From: Toensbergia leucococca
Taxonomy: Eukaryota
Direction of reading: 5' to 3'
Length of the DNA stretch: 64,000 nucleotides
Assembly (NCBI GenBank): GCA_022813965.1
Contig: JALDZS010000016.1
Coordinates: 62,001-126,000 of the forward strand
Shown: positions 14,817 through 28,391 of the stretch, piece by piece
Numbering within the stretch: position 1 is the stretch's first letter
Layout of the letters: each line of letters opens with the position of its first letter
Position numbers and translations under genes: made by a program
Notes under the pieces: model-generated
Databases searched by the model: none
What the model saw: only the letters and a program-made list of their open reading frames with translations
Told to the model about the DNA's origin: nothing

Positions 14817-15155
14817 CTTGAAGTTAACCCGATTTCAAAGGGAGCGGTAGGCGCAAATTCCAACGTAGGCGAACGTTGTGAGAACGCATCAGGCTTCGCT
14901 GAAGCTGGCAGGGAACGCGAATACGGGCATCGATGATGTCTGGCTTTGTTATTCGTATTGACAATCCATCAAGCAAGAGCGCGAGAGACGAAGTCAATTT
15001 CATTTTTGGCAGCTTGGCTCCTTGGCAGACAAGCTTCGAAACGAGGAAGCCGCATATTTCCATTTGAATTACAGATAGAACACAGCCATGTAATATATCC
15101 GTCATCTATGAATAAACGAATCCGTCACGATGGGGGTGTATGGAGACTAGACAAC

Positions 15156-17435
15156 ATGGCAGACACCATGGATACTACTCCGGATGGTCCCAGAGGCATC
15201 AAAAGGAAGGCCGATGGTCTTGAAGCCCCAAGACGAATCAAGGTACTTGGCCATGACCTCAGCCTGGGACAAGGGCTGATGGTCTTGTCCAGGCACTCGA
15301 TCAAGACGTCGTCAATAAGATTGCTGCCGGCGAGATCATCGTCGCACCTGTCCATGCCCTGAAGGAGCTGATTGAAAATGCTGTCGATGCTGGTTCAACC
15401 TCCTTGGAGATACTTGTCAAAGATGGAGGCTTAAAGCTCCTTCAGATCACCGATAACGGCCATGGCATCAATGTGAGCTCTAAGAAAGCCTCTCATTTCA
15501 AACACTGACTCTGTCTCCTAGAAAGATGACCTGCCCATTTTGTGCGAGAGATTTACTACTTCCAAGCTCAAGTCGTTTGAGGATCTGACCTCCATCGGCA
15601 CTTATGGTTTCCGTGGGGAAGCATTAGCCAGCATTAGCCATATTGCACACCTGACAATCACTACCAAGACAGCAGACTCGAGTTGTGCATGGCGAGCACA
15701 TTATGCCGATGGCAAGCTCGCTCCCGCCAAACCAGGCCAGAGTGTAGATCCAAAGCCTACTGCTGGCCGTGCTGGCACTCAAATCACAGTAGACCCTCCG
15801 TTTCCTAATTTCTATTCCCAGTGCTAACCCAGATTTCAGGTCGAAGACCTCTTTTACAATGTCCTACAGCGTAAAAAAGCCTTCAGATCTCACAGTGAGG
15901 AATACGCCAAGATTCTTGATGTAGTCGGTCGATATGCCGTACATTGCACCGGTGTAGCATTTTCCTGTAAAAAGCACGGAGAAGCCGCAATGGGTATCTC
16001 CACCCCTTCGAACGCCAGCACTATTGACCGAATCCGTCAAATCCACGGGAGTGCTGTTGCCAACGAAATCATCGAGTTCAGTGTGAGCGACGAAAGGTGG
16101 GGATTCGAGGCTTCCGGCTGGACAAGCAATGCGAATTATCACGTTAAGAAAACTACTATTCTCCTCTTCATCAATCACCGCTCCGTGGAATCGTCAGCAA
16201 TCAAGAAGGCCCTTGAACAGACCTACTCCACTTTCCTACCCAAAGGAGGTCACCCCTTCGTCTACTTAAGCCTGAACATCGACCCCCAACGCGTCGATGT
16301 AAACGTTCACCCCACAAAACGCGAAGTCAACTTCCTGAACGAAGACGAAATCATAGAATCAATCTGCGATACCATCCGAACCAACCTTTCCCAAGTCGAC
16401 ACAAGCCGAACCTTCATGACCCAGTCCCTCCTCCCAGGCACCTCCAAAATCCCCCTTACCAACCCCGTCGAGCCTCGTAGAACCACCTCTCAAAAACTCC
16501 CCTCCTCCCTAGCCCCCACAACCCTCATCCGTACAGACTCCAAACTTCGAAAAATAACCTCCATGCTTCCCCCTTCTACCGATAATCCTACCGGTAACTC
16601 TTCTCAAAATCCAACAACGTACATTCACACACCCCGTCTCCCCACAACCTGCCGTCTCACAACCATAAAAGAACTCCGCGCCGCTGTCCGTACCGCCATG
16701 CACGCCACCCTAACCTCGACCCTCGCCTCCCACACTTACATCGGCCTCGTTGACCCCCGCCGCCGAATTGCCGCCATCCAAAGTGGTGTCAAGCTTCTCC
16801 TAGTCGACTACGGCCTCCTCTGCAACGAATACTTCTACCAAATCGGCTTGACTGACTTTGGCAACTTTGGTAGCATCCGCTTCGAGCCGCCACTAGATAT
16901 CAGAGGCTTGATAGCTATTGGTGTTGAGGCTGAGCGAGTGGCTAATCCAGAGGAGGGGATCGAATGGGAGGAGGTGGCGGAGTTGGTCACGAGACGGTTG
17001 GTGGAGAGGAGGGAGATGCTTGGGGAGTATTTCTCGCTGAATGTTTCAGAGAAGGGGGAGTTGGAGGGGATTCCCCTGCTCATGAAGGGATATTCGCCCT
17101 CTCTGGCCAAACTCCCCCGGTTCTTGATGCGTCTGGGTCCATTCATAGACTGGGACGACGAGAAGGAGTGCTTTGCCTCTTTTCTGAGAGAGCTGGCGGC
17201 TTTTTATACGCCCGAGCAACTGCCTACTGAGGATGCTGTCGTTGGAGATGACGGGGACAGGGATTGTGAGGGTGCGGGGGAAATTAGGGCCAGGAGGGAG
17301 GAGCTGGGTCGTGTGCTGGAGGATGTGATTTTTCCGGCGCTGGGGGCTAGGTTGGTTGCTACCAAGGGGTTGCTTGCGGGGGTGGTGGAGGTGGCGGATT
17401 TGAAGGGCTTGTATCGCATTTTTGAGAGGTGCTAA
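15156..17435 (+). CDS. MLH1: DNA mismatch repair protein MutL homolog Mlh1; 4 exons
   Basis: [51 protein letters not shown] and the C-terminal FERC motif. Three short introns lie in 15243-15839. Confidence 0.97.
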
Positions 17436-18033
17436 TTTGAGGGCTGAGGGAGTGAGAGTGTAGGTGGGAGATGGGGGTGTTTGTTGTATTTGTCTTGAGC
17501 TGTTTGCGACGCTCAGTGTCCTTTTTTTTGGCACGCTGGGCGGGGGCGCGGGTGTGTATTTTGGGGGCGGGGGGGGGAAGAAGGTTGTGCTCTAAATGAA
17601 GGAATACTTTTTTCTTTTTACGCCGAGGGGATTTCATATCTGGCCTGTATGGTGGACCTTGATCAAGAATATATATATGTTTCTACTCTTTTTCGTTCGC
17701 CTCTTGCGCACAAAACTCTGCGAACCCCTAAAAGGCGGGGGCAGATCTCGACTGGGGAATCACCTATTGTGGCTTTTAGTACTTACTTCCCCTTCTCACC
17801 CCCCCACATCGAAAAAATTCATTCCAATTCTCGAGTTCATATACTGCTCCATATTTGAGGTGCTCCGTTTTGTAACGCTTCTTTGCCACTGAAAAAATTT
17901 AGGTTTGGGGAAGGGGGGATTCCCATCGCAGGACATGCCCGAGGAAGAAAAGGTCTGGTATGCTTTTACTCCATAGTTACCGTGTGTATGTGAGCAAGTA
18001 AAATTCGTATCTCGGGCCGTTATGTACAGGAAA

Positions 18034-18061
18034 GACTGGACTGACTAGACTGACTGACTGA
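18034..18061. repeat. Imperfect (GACT)n microsatellite
   Basis: GACTGGACTGACTAGACTGACTGACTGA. Confidence 0.7.
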
Positions 18062-18446
18062 ATATGAAAAAAAAAACCCAAGGTACATTACCTCCGGCTG
18101 GCTCGCTCGCTGTAGACATTCTAGGATCAAAAAGAAAAATCGTATCTGGCCGTTACGTACAGAAAAGAGTGAACAGATTGAATAGGAAAGAATGCGTACA
18201 TGCCCGCTTCGCTCACAGTAGAGCTTTCCAGGCCAAAACAAAATAGGAAATCGTGCTGTTTCGAACCTTCGATTGCCGTGCTGAAAAGAGAGAGAAAAGG
18301 AGGCCCATCACACGCAACAGCTTTCCTTGCACACACACAAAACGAAGATTCTGAGATATCTCCACCTCCACAATGTCTAAACCGAGGCAGAAGGCAAGTA
18401 CCTAAACCCCCAACACTACCACACAGCGACATCAAGTGATACGCTC

Positions 18447-19438
18447 TCAAAGACCGACAACTTTGACGATGGTACTCCCGGTTTTGGCGTGCGGTTCTCG
18501 GACCATGACGTCGAGCTGGACGGGCTCGGCAGCGCGGGTAAGAAAGATTTGCTTGGTGATGCTGAAGCCGAGTTTGGCGTAGATGATTGGGTTGATGGCG
18601 TTGCTACTTTCAAGGTAACAGGCGCGGTTTTGGGCGTCAGCCTGTTTGGGGGGAAAGGGGGAGAATGATGTTAGTCATATGTGTGTATCTTTTTTTTTTT
18701 GAGTTGAAAAGTGCTATTGGGGCTCTAATTTTCTTTTTTTACAGATTAAAACCAGACCGATGCTTTACTGTGTCTGATATCGGATTAGTGGATGTTAGTC
18801 AACGCACCTGCTTAGTCGTATACTCGATCAAAGTCCTTGCGTAGCCCTTGCCTCTCGCCTCGGGCTTAGTTCCGATGTAAACGAGATACCACGAGTCATC
18901 GTCGCGGGCGCCCATTACTTCGTGCTTAGTCTCATGTAACAGAGGCAGGAACTCAGTGAAGAATCGTGTTCGTCCTTCGGCGCTTAGCTTGTAGTGAAGG
19001 CGCCACATGCCGCTGCGGAGTAGGGTACAGAAACTGTCCATGTTTTGGCCGGGAGGCATCCTGTCTCCATAGCCCATGATCAGCTGGCGGGGAAGGGAGG
19101 TTTTTATTTGGGTTCACTCACCAGAGGGCGACGCAGCCATAATCGGGCCCGACGGTTGTCACGAGCCCCTTAAGACAGTGACCATAAGTGATATACTCTA
19201 GGATGCAGAGGTGCAAGTCCCATTTAGCCTTAGCGGACCAATTCTCACGGTCTGGGGTATCGACGGCGTAGCGGGCTACGTCGTCTTCTATGAAGGCTTG
19301 GGCGAGACACAAGGCTGCTCCTTTGTATTCGTCACATCCGAGAATGCGAACCTGTCCGTTGGTACTTGCCATGGAGTTTATTGGCTGAAATTTGGGGGGT
19401 GTAGTTTCGATTATGATTGCGGGACTGATTTTCTCCAT
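18447..19438 (-). CDS. GNAT family N-acetyltransferase; 3 exons
   Basis: YGCVALW | MPPG, WYLVYIGTKPEARGKGYARTL (acetyl-CoA motif A). The last exon, read directly at 18642-18447, is ADAQNRACYLESSNAINPIIYAKLGF...VVGL*. Confidence 0.85.
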
Positions 19439-20105
19439 GATTAAAGGCGAAATTTAAATGAACGAGCTTGATGGTCGTCGAAACAAAGATTTGGAGACGT
19501 AGGCCGATTGCTTTGAAAGGGGTGTGGTGGCAATCAAAGTGAGCATACACGTAGTGAGCGGTGTTTGTCGAGCTAAGTATCCAGATTCTTCAAGGACTAT
19601 CAATTGGTCTTGTCAAATCTCCGGTATGAACCTTGGATAACTGAGTTCTAGAGACCGTCTCAAATCGGGACGGATAACGCAAGCAATTGAGTGATTGACG
19701 GATGTCAACGGCCATCAACGCAGATACAAAAAGACCAAAGTCTTTGGTATGAGAGGGATGTTTGGACTATTGAATGAGGTGTGGAGATGTTCTGTACAGG
19801 GCAAGAAGATGAGAGGAGGTAGGTAGCACAGTGTAGAACTTTCTAGTGCTAACTTGACTTTTGTGGTAAGCTTGAGGTGTGACAAAGCAGTTGAGGCTTG
19901 AGAGAGGCCAGAAACGTAGTCAGTAAATGTAGTCTGTCAGTCTCCTGGTTGAAGGCTGTAGTGAATGATGTAGTAGTGAAGCTGAGAGAAGAGAGAAGAG
20001 AGAAAAGAGATGCGGAAGTGAAGCACTATAATCTCAAAGGTGCAACAGTAACACGCTTCCTTCTTCCTGATCTCGTGGTGGAGGTTTGCGTGCAGCAGTC
20101 CAGGG

Positions 20106-20170
20106 GTCTAGTGGTCTATTTAGTTGTCTAGGTAATTGTCTACCTAGTTGTCTAGTCGTCTAGTTGTCTA
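20106..20170. repeat. Degenerate tandem repeat with seven GTCTA cores (8/12-nt spacing)
   Basis: GTCTA at 20106, 20114, 20126, 20138, 20150, 20158 and 20166. Confidence 0.75.
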
Positions 20171-20850
20171 CCACGTTGCGGCCCGCTTGGTGGGATGTTG
20201 AGGAGTGGGGGTTTTGCACCAATGGCACCGGTCGAGGCGTTCGTCCTACAGCTATTCGACACTTGATAAGACCTGATCCTACATAAGGTACTTAATCAAC
20301 TGAACCAAAGGCTCGAGCGCACATGATGCATCGGATTCCCCCGGATATTTTCCCCCATCCATTTTGCTAAGTCTCCTACTCGTCGCATCTGATTGCTCCA
20401 TCAAGTATGGTTTGCTCCACTACCATCCAGAACCCTAAGGTAGGTAAGGTATGTTCGCGATTGTACTCGTAGTCCTACATAGCGTGACAGCTACCGTACT
20501 TCGAGGACCTCGACTGATATTATCCACCATATCTCTTACATCTATCTATAGTCATTGCCTACACAAGGAAGCCGATAGAATTGGGTGAACCTACAACAAC
20601 CGCATTGGGTGTTTGGCTTGCATGTCCAATAGTCCTCACTGCAGGAAGCATCCGCGATACATCGTCTATGCTATCTCGACAAATCAGAGAATACCTTATC
20701 ATGCCGATTGTGCTATTGATTATCGGATCTGAGGTATTGAGCCATTCCAGCCCTAGTCCTGAAAGTCCATTGCAAACATATGCCACTAGCACAAGGGTAT
20801 TAATCACATCAGCTGAGGTGGACCAAGCCAAGAAGGCCTAATCCTCCGGT

Positions 20851-21761
<911 letters not shown>

Positions 21762-23098
21762 AGTGTTGGTCAAGACTTCTGTGAAAACCCCGAAAAACGG
21801 GCAGGACTGTATATGTGTACTAGAACTAAAAGTCCATGAGATTAGAGGGAGTGTCACGCGTAAAGAAGCAAGGACTGAAGAGAAAGGGAGGGTGCTGACA
21901 CAAAGTAATACGCTCACTCAGCCGAGTTTTGTGATGCTGTTCGGCTGAGGATTTTCAACGTCGGAGTTGTCTCTTCATTCTCAATCTTACTTCATACTCA
22001 CCTTAATCTTTTTCTGTCAAGCACCAGCAATGGCTGCATCGATTTATGAATATTAGCAGGAATGTAGTAGGAGATACGGATAATGTCTTCTTTTGTTCGT
22101 GGCACTCAGTATACCGATATATTCTACACTGACTATGCTCGAATGCCTTCCACCCTAATCTCAATCCTAGGGAACCTCATCACTGGAAACCATTATTGAT
22201 ACTTTCTTTAAGTATTCGCAGCGTAAGGTACTGCTGATGAAGAAATTTTGCTCATAGCCTCAACTATTCCAATAGTTCCTTTATCAACTGGCTGTTACAC
22301 TCTCTCGAGTACGCAAAGCTATGAATTGTGAGATCAATCGTTCCTTCCACCTTTGATCTAAGTAACATTGAACTATAGAACGATAGTAAATTATTTTTCA
22401 AGTGTGATTACCATAAGTATGAGCTTCAATGGTCTGCGAAAGATTCACTCCGTATTCTTTCAAGAGCAGTGAACTTTTCTTCTCCCTTTGAATTTCAACG
22501 AGCTAGAAGACTTGGAAACGCTTTATGAGACATGATTCGGAAACCTTTCTGCTACCTTTACCGATGCCTGTTTCCCTTCCGTTTGGTTCTAGAATGATCC
22601 CCATATCGGTCTCGAATAATCGAGAAGTGAGAATTTTCAAATAGCAAACCACGTCCAAACGATTGATGAGGTCTCGTTGACGGGGACGGTATGTATGATC
22701 ATGGCAAAACACCAGACCATGAGGCTTCCACATTTGCTCGAGAAACTGCTACGTGAGCAATCAGCTAGATTTGTACCAGGCCCGGTCTTAGCCGCTTCGA
22801 GACATTCCTACTACAGTCCTTGTAAGGTTCTCCAAGCGCTGTGTCCAATTGTGGCACAGGATTTGCCACCTCTGAGTCCTGATAATCTATTCTGTCGATG
22901 AACACGTCTTATGGTTCCGGCTCTCATCTATAAATGGAGCGAACCAATTTTCGCTCCTAAATCGGCCATTAGGTCACGTCTTGAGCTTCTTGAAGACCAC
23001 AAGACATAGTCTTGTTTTGCCAAATTCTTCATCCTTTCTCGGGGGATCTCTAACAGCTCCTTACTAATCCCAACGAGAATATAATATCTGACCACTTC

Positions 23099-23725
23099 TC
23101 ATTTGTTTTGGGCATTGGTGGACATGAAAAGAACACAGGCTGCAACAATTGCGGTGGCTACAATTGTGAAGACCTAACCGTACCTCCTGTTAGTGAGATC
23201 TCTCTTCCAGGATCTTCGCAACAATGAGAAGTAGGGCGACAACTCACGATCTGCGTCTTCCAACCACTCTGTACAAGTGCTCGCCTCCTCGAGTACTTGG
23301 TAACAGTCGTCACATAATTCGCAAAGCCACTTGCCAAACATGCGAGGCTCAGGAACCAGAAAATTAATCCTAATGGTACGGCCATGCGCTTCTCAATGGG
23401 TGTGGGTTGAGATTTGAGATGGAACGAGATGACGATGGCAACGCTGACAACGGCCATGTAAATGCTAAGGCGCAGCCATGAGAGAAATGTTCGTTCATTT
23501 GCACAATGGTCACGTGCATCAGATGATGTATTGGGAAAGAGTATGGGAGCGAGGAGAGGACGAGAGAGGAAGAGATGACGGTCAGTGTTGCGGCTGTCTC
23601 CAAAAGTTCTTGTCAGCGGAAAGGTCTGATTGGTAGGAAAGGCGGGGAACTTGCTCCTCAATATGGACTGCTCTTCTACTAAGAGGATTGAAGAGATGGG
23701 TTAAATAAGCTTGATTATCTGCCAT
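23099..23725 (-). CDS. Small DUF202/YidH-like membrane protein; 3 exons
   Basis: ARDHCANERTFLSWLR signature plus 3 TM segments. Exon 1 joins only through a GC-AG intron (23594-23654). The last exon is VFTIVATAIVAACVLFMSTNAQNK*. Confidence 0.8.
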
Positions 23726-24235
23726 GTCTTTAGATCAGGCATGGGCGAACTGATTTTGGGAAAGAGGTTAGGTACTTGGCGGCAAAAGAAGTGCAGCTCG
23801 GATATGATAAGTTCGAGTAGAATATGATAGGTAGGTAGGAATGATACCTGAGTAGCGCTAGCGGTGAACATGCGAGATGAAACCCTTAAGTCGACTCCTC
23901 TACTAGTACCTAGTCCCTACCTACCTTAGAGTATCTATGGCACAAGCTCACCCCGCTTTTTCAGGTATTGGAGGGTTTGTAGTCTGCATGTTCTAATCAG
24001 CCGAGAAGCTAGTAATTTTGACCTTTTCAAACTCGAGCCCCACTCCTTTGGACGTCATAGGTACCCACAATTTGACAGCCCAAAAGTAAGATAAGTGCCA
24101 TTCCCGCACGTGCTAGAGCCGAACATGGCAAAGTCTCAATCAGTATCCGTCTCTGTTCTAACCATTGCATCTACCCGTTCATCATTCCTCTTCTTTCCAT
24201 TGGCCTTGCTGTCATAGTACACATTGATTTCCGAA

Positions 24236-26396
24236 ATGTCATCGCCCCAAAATGTGAAGCCAATGAGGCCAGGACGTCTCTGGTACTCACGCAGTCAATC
24301 TCATATAGACCCCATCAACTCGGCATCTCCTCTGGCAAAAGCATGCATTGATCTCGATCTGGAAGCTGAGCCCGACGATGACCCAGAAAATCCCATTGAG
24401 GATGAACACAGCTCTGGGGATGAGTCCGATTCTGACGTGTCCACTATCCGCCCAGATATTTCCGGAAATTCCTTGGGTTACTCAATGGTTGGGTCGTACC
24501 GAAGACCTAGCTTCACGGTAGCAGGGGGAAGGGGTACGGTTGTACCTGGACTACAGACATTTGATAGCAATCCAACTAAGAGGGAGAGGCGAGAGGCGAG
24601 GAAAGAAGAGCGAAGCCTGCTCAGAGATAACAATATCATTCCTCCAAAGCACCCGCAGAAGGGGGACGGGGCGAGCTCTCTAGGGAGTCGGCTCAATCGG
24701 CATTTCTCTACTGCTGGTATACCTGGTGGAGATCGAAAGGTCGTTCGTTCAGATGAAGAAGCAGCAGATGAGGTTGCTGATGGAATCAGTCCGGGTCTAG
24801 CAGAGACGACTCCTTTGTTGGGCAACCCGGATTTACCTTACGGAGGTCAAGCTTCACCTAAGCAATTGGACAAAAAATGGGAAGAAGCAGTCAAAGCAGG
24901 CAAAATTAACACCACTTGGCAGCGAGAGGCCAAAGTCTTAGCACGTTACTCTGCCCCTTTAATCGCCACTTTCCTCCTGCAATACTCTTTGACGGTCGCC
25001 AGCATCTTCACCGTAGGTCATCTAGGCAAAATTGAACTCGGAGCAGTGAGTCTCGCCAGCATGACCGCCAACATCACGGGATACTCCATCTATCAGGGGC
25101 TAGCCACAAGCCTGGATACTCTCTGTGCACAAGCGTACGGGTCCGGACGGAAGAAGCTGGTCGGGTTGCAAACGCAGCGGATGGTGTACTTCTTGTGGGC
25201 CATTACGATACCCATAGCAATTATATGGCTCAGTGCCGAATCGATTCTGATGAGAATAGTACCGGAGCGTGACGTTGCCATCCTAGCTGGCCAGTATCTG
25301 AGAATTATTGTCATCGGCGCACCCGGATACGCATGCTTTGAAAGCGGGAAGAGGTATCTACAAGCCCAAGGCTTATTCTCTGCCTCCCTTTATGTCCTCC
25401 TAATCTGCGCTCCCCTTAATGCACTGATGAATTATCTTTTCGTTTGGGTAAGTTCCTTTCACCAGCATCTAAATCTACCTCTCTAGATTCCTGATCCTGA
25501 CTAGGTATTTAAATGGGGCTTTGTTGGCGCACCCATCGCTGTCGCTATAACTGATAATCTCCTTCCCCTCCTCCTTGTACTCTACGTTCGCTTCGTCGCC
25601 GGTCGCTCCTGCTGGCCGGGCCTTACCCGACGCGCCCTTCAAAATTGGTTCCCCATGGTTCGCCTTGCTCTTCCTGGTCTCCTAATGGTCGAAGCCGAAT
25701 GCCTCGCTTTCGAGATCCTCACCCTTGCCGCTAGTTATTTTGGCACTACCCACCTAGCCGCCCAGAGCGTGTTAGCAACAGCAGCCAGTATCACTTTCCA
25801 GATACCCTTCCCCATCAGTATTGCAGCGAGTACGCGTGTTGCGAATCTTATTGGAGCGACTCTGGCGGATGCAGCAAAGACGACCGCTAAGGTTGCACTC
25901 GTGGTCGCTGTGGGCGTGGGCGTTTTCAACGTAATTTTGCTCTCCTCGTTGCGAAATTATATACCCCAGCTATTCACCAGCGATCCTGAGGTAATCGAAC
26001 TGGTGGCCAACATCCTCCCCCTCTGCGCCGCATTCCAACTCTTTGACGCCCTTGCTGCCTGCTGCAACGGCATCCTGCGAGGTTTAGGAAGACAAGAAGT
26101 CGGGGGCTGGGTCCAGTTGTTCTGTTACTACGCTGTTGCCATGCCGATCAGTATGGGAACGGCGTTCGGGCTGCATTGGGACCTATATGGGCTGTGGAGC
26201 GGAGTTGCGTTGGCGTTGGGCTTGTGAGTGGTCATTTTCTTCTTTGCTTCCTTCCTGGGAGGGGGATGTGAGGAATTGAAAACCTGGCTAATAGTGTACG
26301 GCTGCTAGGGTTTTTATTATTGAAGCTATTTTCTTATATAGGGCCAGCTGGGAGAGATCGGTCGATGACGCTAATAGGAGGAATGAGAATGCATGA
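24236..26396 (+). CDS. MATE family efflux transporter (Erc1-like); at least 3 exons; start uncertain
   Basis: VGHLGKIELGAVSLASM, GLATSLDTLCAQAYG, AASTRVANLIGA and GILRGLGRQ. Introns at ~25448-25504 and ~26224-26309. Confidence 0.92.
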
Positions 26397-26942
26397 GTCA
26401 GTGGGGATTATAAGATCAGGTCAAGTCACTTGGGGGAATTCTGCTTGCGAGAAGAGTATGGCTCGTTGAATCTTTTGTGATAGAGGTTCAGGTTCGGCTG
26501 ACTTGAGACTTTAGTTGATTCCCAGCAAGGGATGCGTTATATTTGTTGGGTTTTTTTGGCTGCGAGAAAGGATTTGGACTTTGGGTGTGCGGCTATGAGA
26601 TGATATATAAGCTTGAAAGCGGGGTGGCTTTTCCTTGCTCGTATATTTGCCAGAGTCTTTGCTTTAGTAACGCTTTGTTTCTTTGCCCGGTAGGATAGAA
26701 AATCGAGCTCGGAACTGTTTACTGCGTAGTGAACCTGCCCCAAATACCGAGCCTGCTTACTTGTAAAATCCTCGTTTGCGCGCCACCATTTCTCGGCTTT
26801 TGAAAGCTCGAGCTTGAAAGCAGTTCGGCACCGAAAATCCAGCCTCATTTTCCACGCCATTCGCCTGACATCCGTTTCCCACTCCCAAAGCAAGTCCCAA
26901 TATCCCCCATGCATCGTGTGTCGTTCATCTCTTGAAAATCCA

Positions 26943-28016
26943 TCATTCGTATAATGCAGCCCACGTATCCTCGTCAACCGTACTGTAGATCAAGCTATGA
27001 TTCTGTAGTTCTTCCCCCGCCCTCATCACTTCCGCTAGCTGCATCCCTGTCTGCGCAGCAATATTCTGCGCATGTAATCCCTCATTCATCTGCAAACTCG
27101 AGTCCAGCGCCTGCAACACCCTCCTGGCAGCCAGGCTGATATTCGGCAAGGCCTTTCCGTTGAACATCGGCCCGCTAACCTGGTATGCACCCGGTTGTTG
27201 TTGTTGCTGCTGCGCTTGCGTAGTCGCCGCCGCACCGTTTGCTGTTCCGTCCATGATGGATTTGGAGAACTGGTCCGGTGGCCCCCGAGTGAAGTAGAGG
27301 TGCACGTATGTGGCTTCAAGGAGGTGGTGCGGAATTTCCATTTTGTCGGTGACGGGCCGCATGAAGTGGGCGCCCACGTGGCGGCGGTTGTTAAAAGCTT
27401 TCATGCGGCCCCAGACGCGAGCCCAATCGCCCTCGGCGAGCTTGGGTTTGGTTTCTACGGGTTTATTGTTGTCGTCGAGGCTAGTGGCGGCGTCGACGTC
27501 GGTCCAGACCTTGACTTCCATGGTGGCCGTGCCATCGTCGAGTTTGTAGGTTGTATTTGTGGTTTGGGTGGATACGTTACGGATTTGGCCGACAAAGGTT
27601 ACCTGTTTTGTTTTAGGGGTGGTTAGATGAGGATTTTGCTTTGTGTGCTGGAAGGGGAGGGTTTGAGGAGAGCAGACTTGACTGATTTCCACGTCGTCGA
27701 CGCTGAATGTGTCGTCTTGATGGGCCTGCTGCGCATTTACGAGTTGCAGTATTGTAACAGGGCGGAGGTTTTCTTTGCCATATGTACCCTGAAGGTGTGA
27801 GATTATATTGATGAGACGTGGCGTAACTTGGAGTTACCCTTCCAGCTGGGCTGGATTGGCTTCCTCCTTGAGAACCGCCCATAAAGCCCCCACCGCCAGC
27901 TCCGCCTTGTGCTCCATATGATGTCACAGAGTATCCTCCGCCATAATTATCTAGCACGTCTCGGCGTAAGCTTGAGATTTAGGAATCGAGGATAGAATCA
28001 ATGGGCACTCACCCAT
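26943..28016 (-). CDS. RFA2: Replication protein A 32 kDa subunit; 4 exons
   Basis: Gly-rich N-terminus GGGGFM, LRPVTI, OB fold VTFVGQIRN...YKLDDGT and C-terminal winged helix LIYSTVDEDTW. The first exon is ATGG|GTGAGT at 28016-28013. Confidence 0.93.
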
Positions 28017-28391
28017 TTCTTAGATTTTTTGTACGTGAAGGTAGGCGAGAAGTGGGGTAGGCTGTATGAACGAAGAATTTTACGCTGTATAGGGCCAGTG
28101 TACGATATTTTACTTGGAGATGATGACCTTGGGTTGATGGATGATTGTTCGCGAATACTTCCAGCCTGGTGTCGTTGGATTGATTCGGGCTATCAATGTC
28201 GCGTCGAGGGGAACGTGGATGTTTCGTGCGCGGGTAGCGCTAGTATACGGACGTACCCGAGCGGCTATCCGTATATTAGGTAAAGTTCGGTAGAAAATAT
28301 CAGCCCTACACAGAGAGATTAAAAATTCGCAATCAAATCTTGAGCATGCGCCTAGCACTCAGAGTCGTGCAAAGCTTGACCTCGAAATAGG

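Noticed and set aside
18643..18806. Possible stwintron in the GNAT intron (two TGACTAAC motifs)
   Set aside because: The internal intron would be under 40 nt, and twin splicing shifts the frame. A single intron gives the correct GNAT C-terminus.
26537..26977. 146-aa ORF overlapping the end of RPA2
   Set aside because: Non-ATG start, lies in the expected 3' UTR, no recognisable motif.
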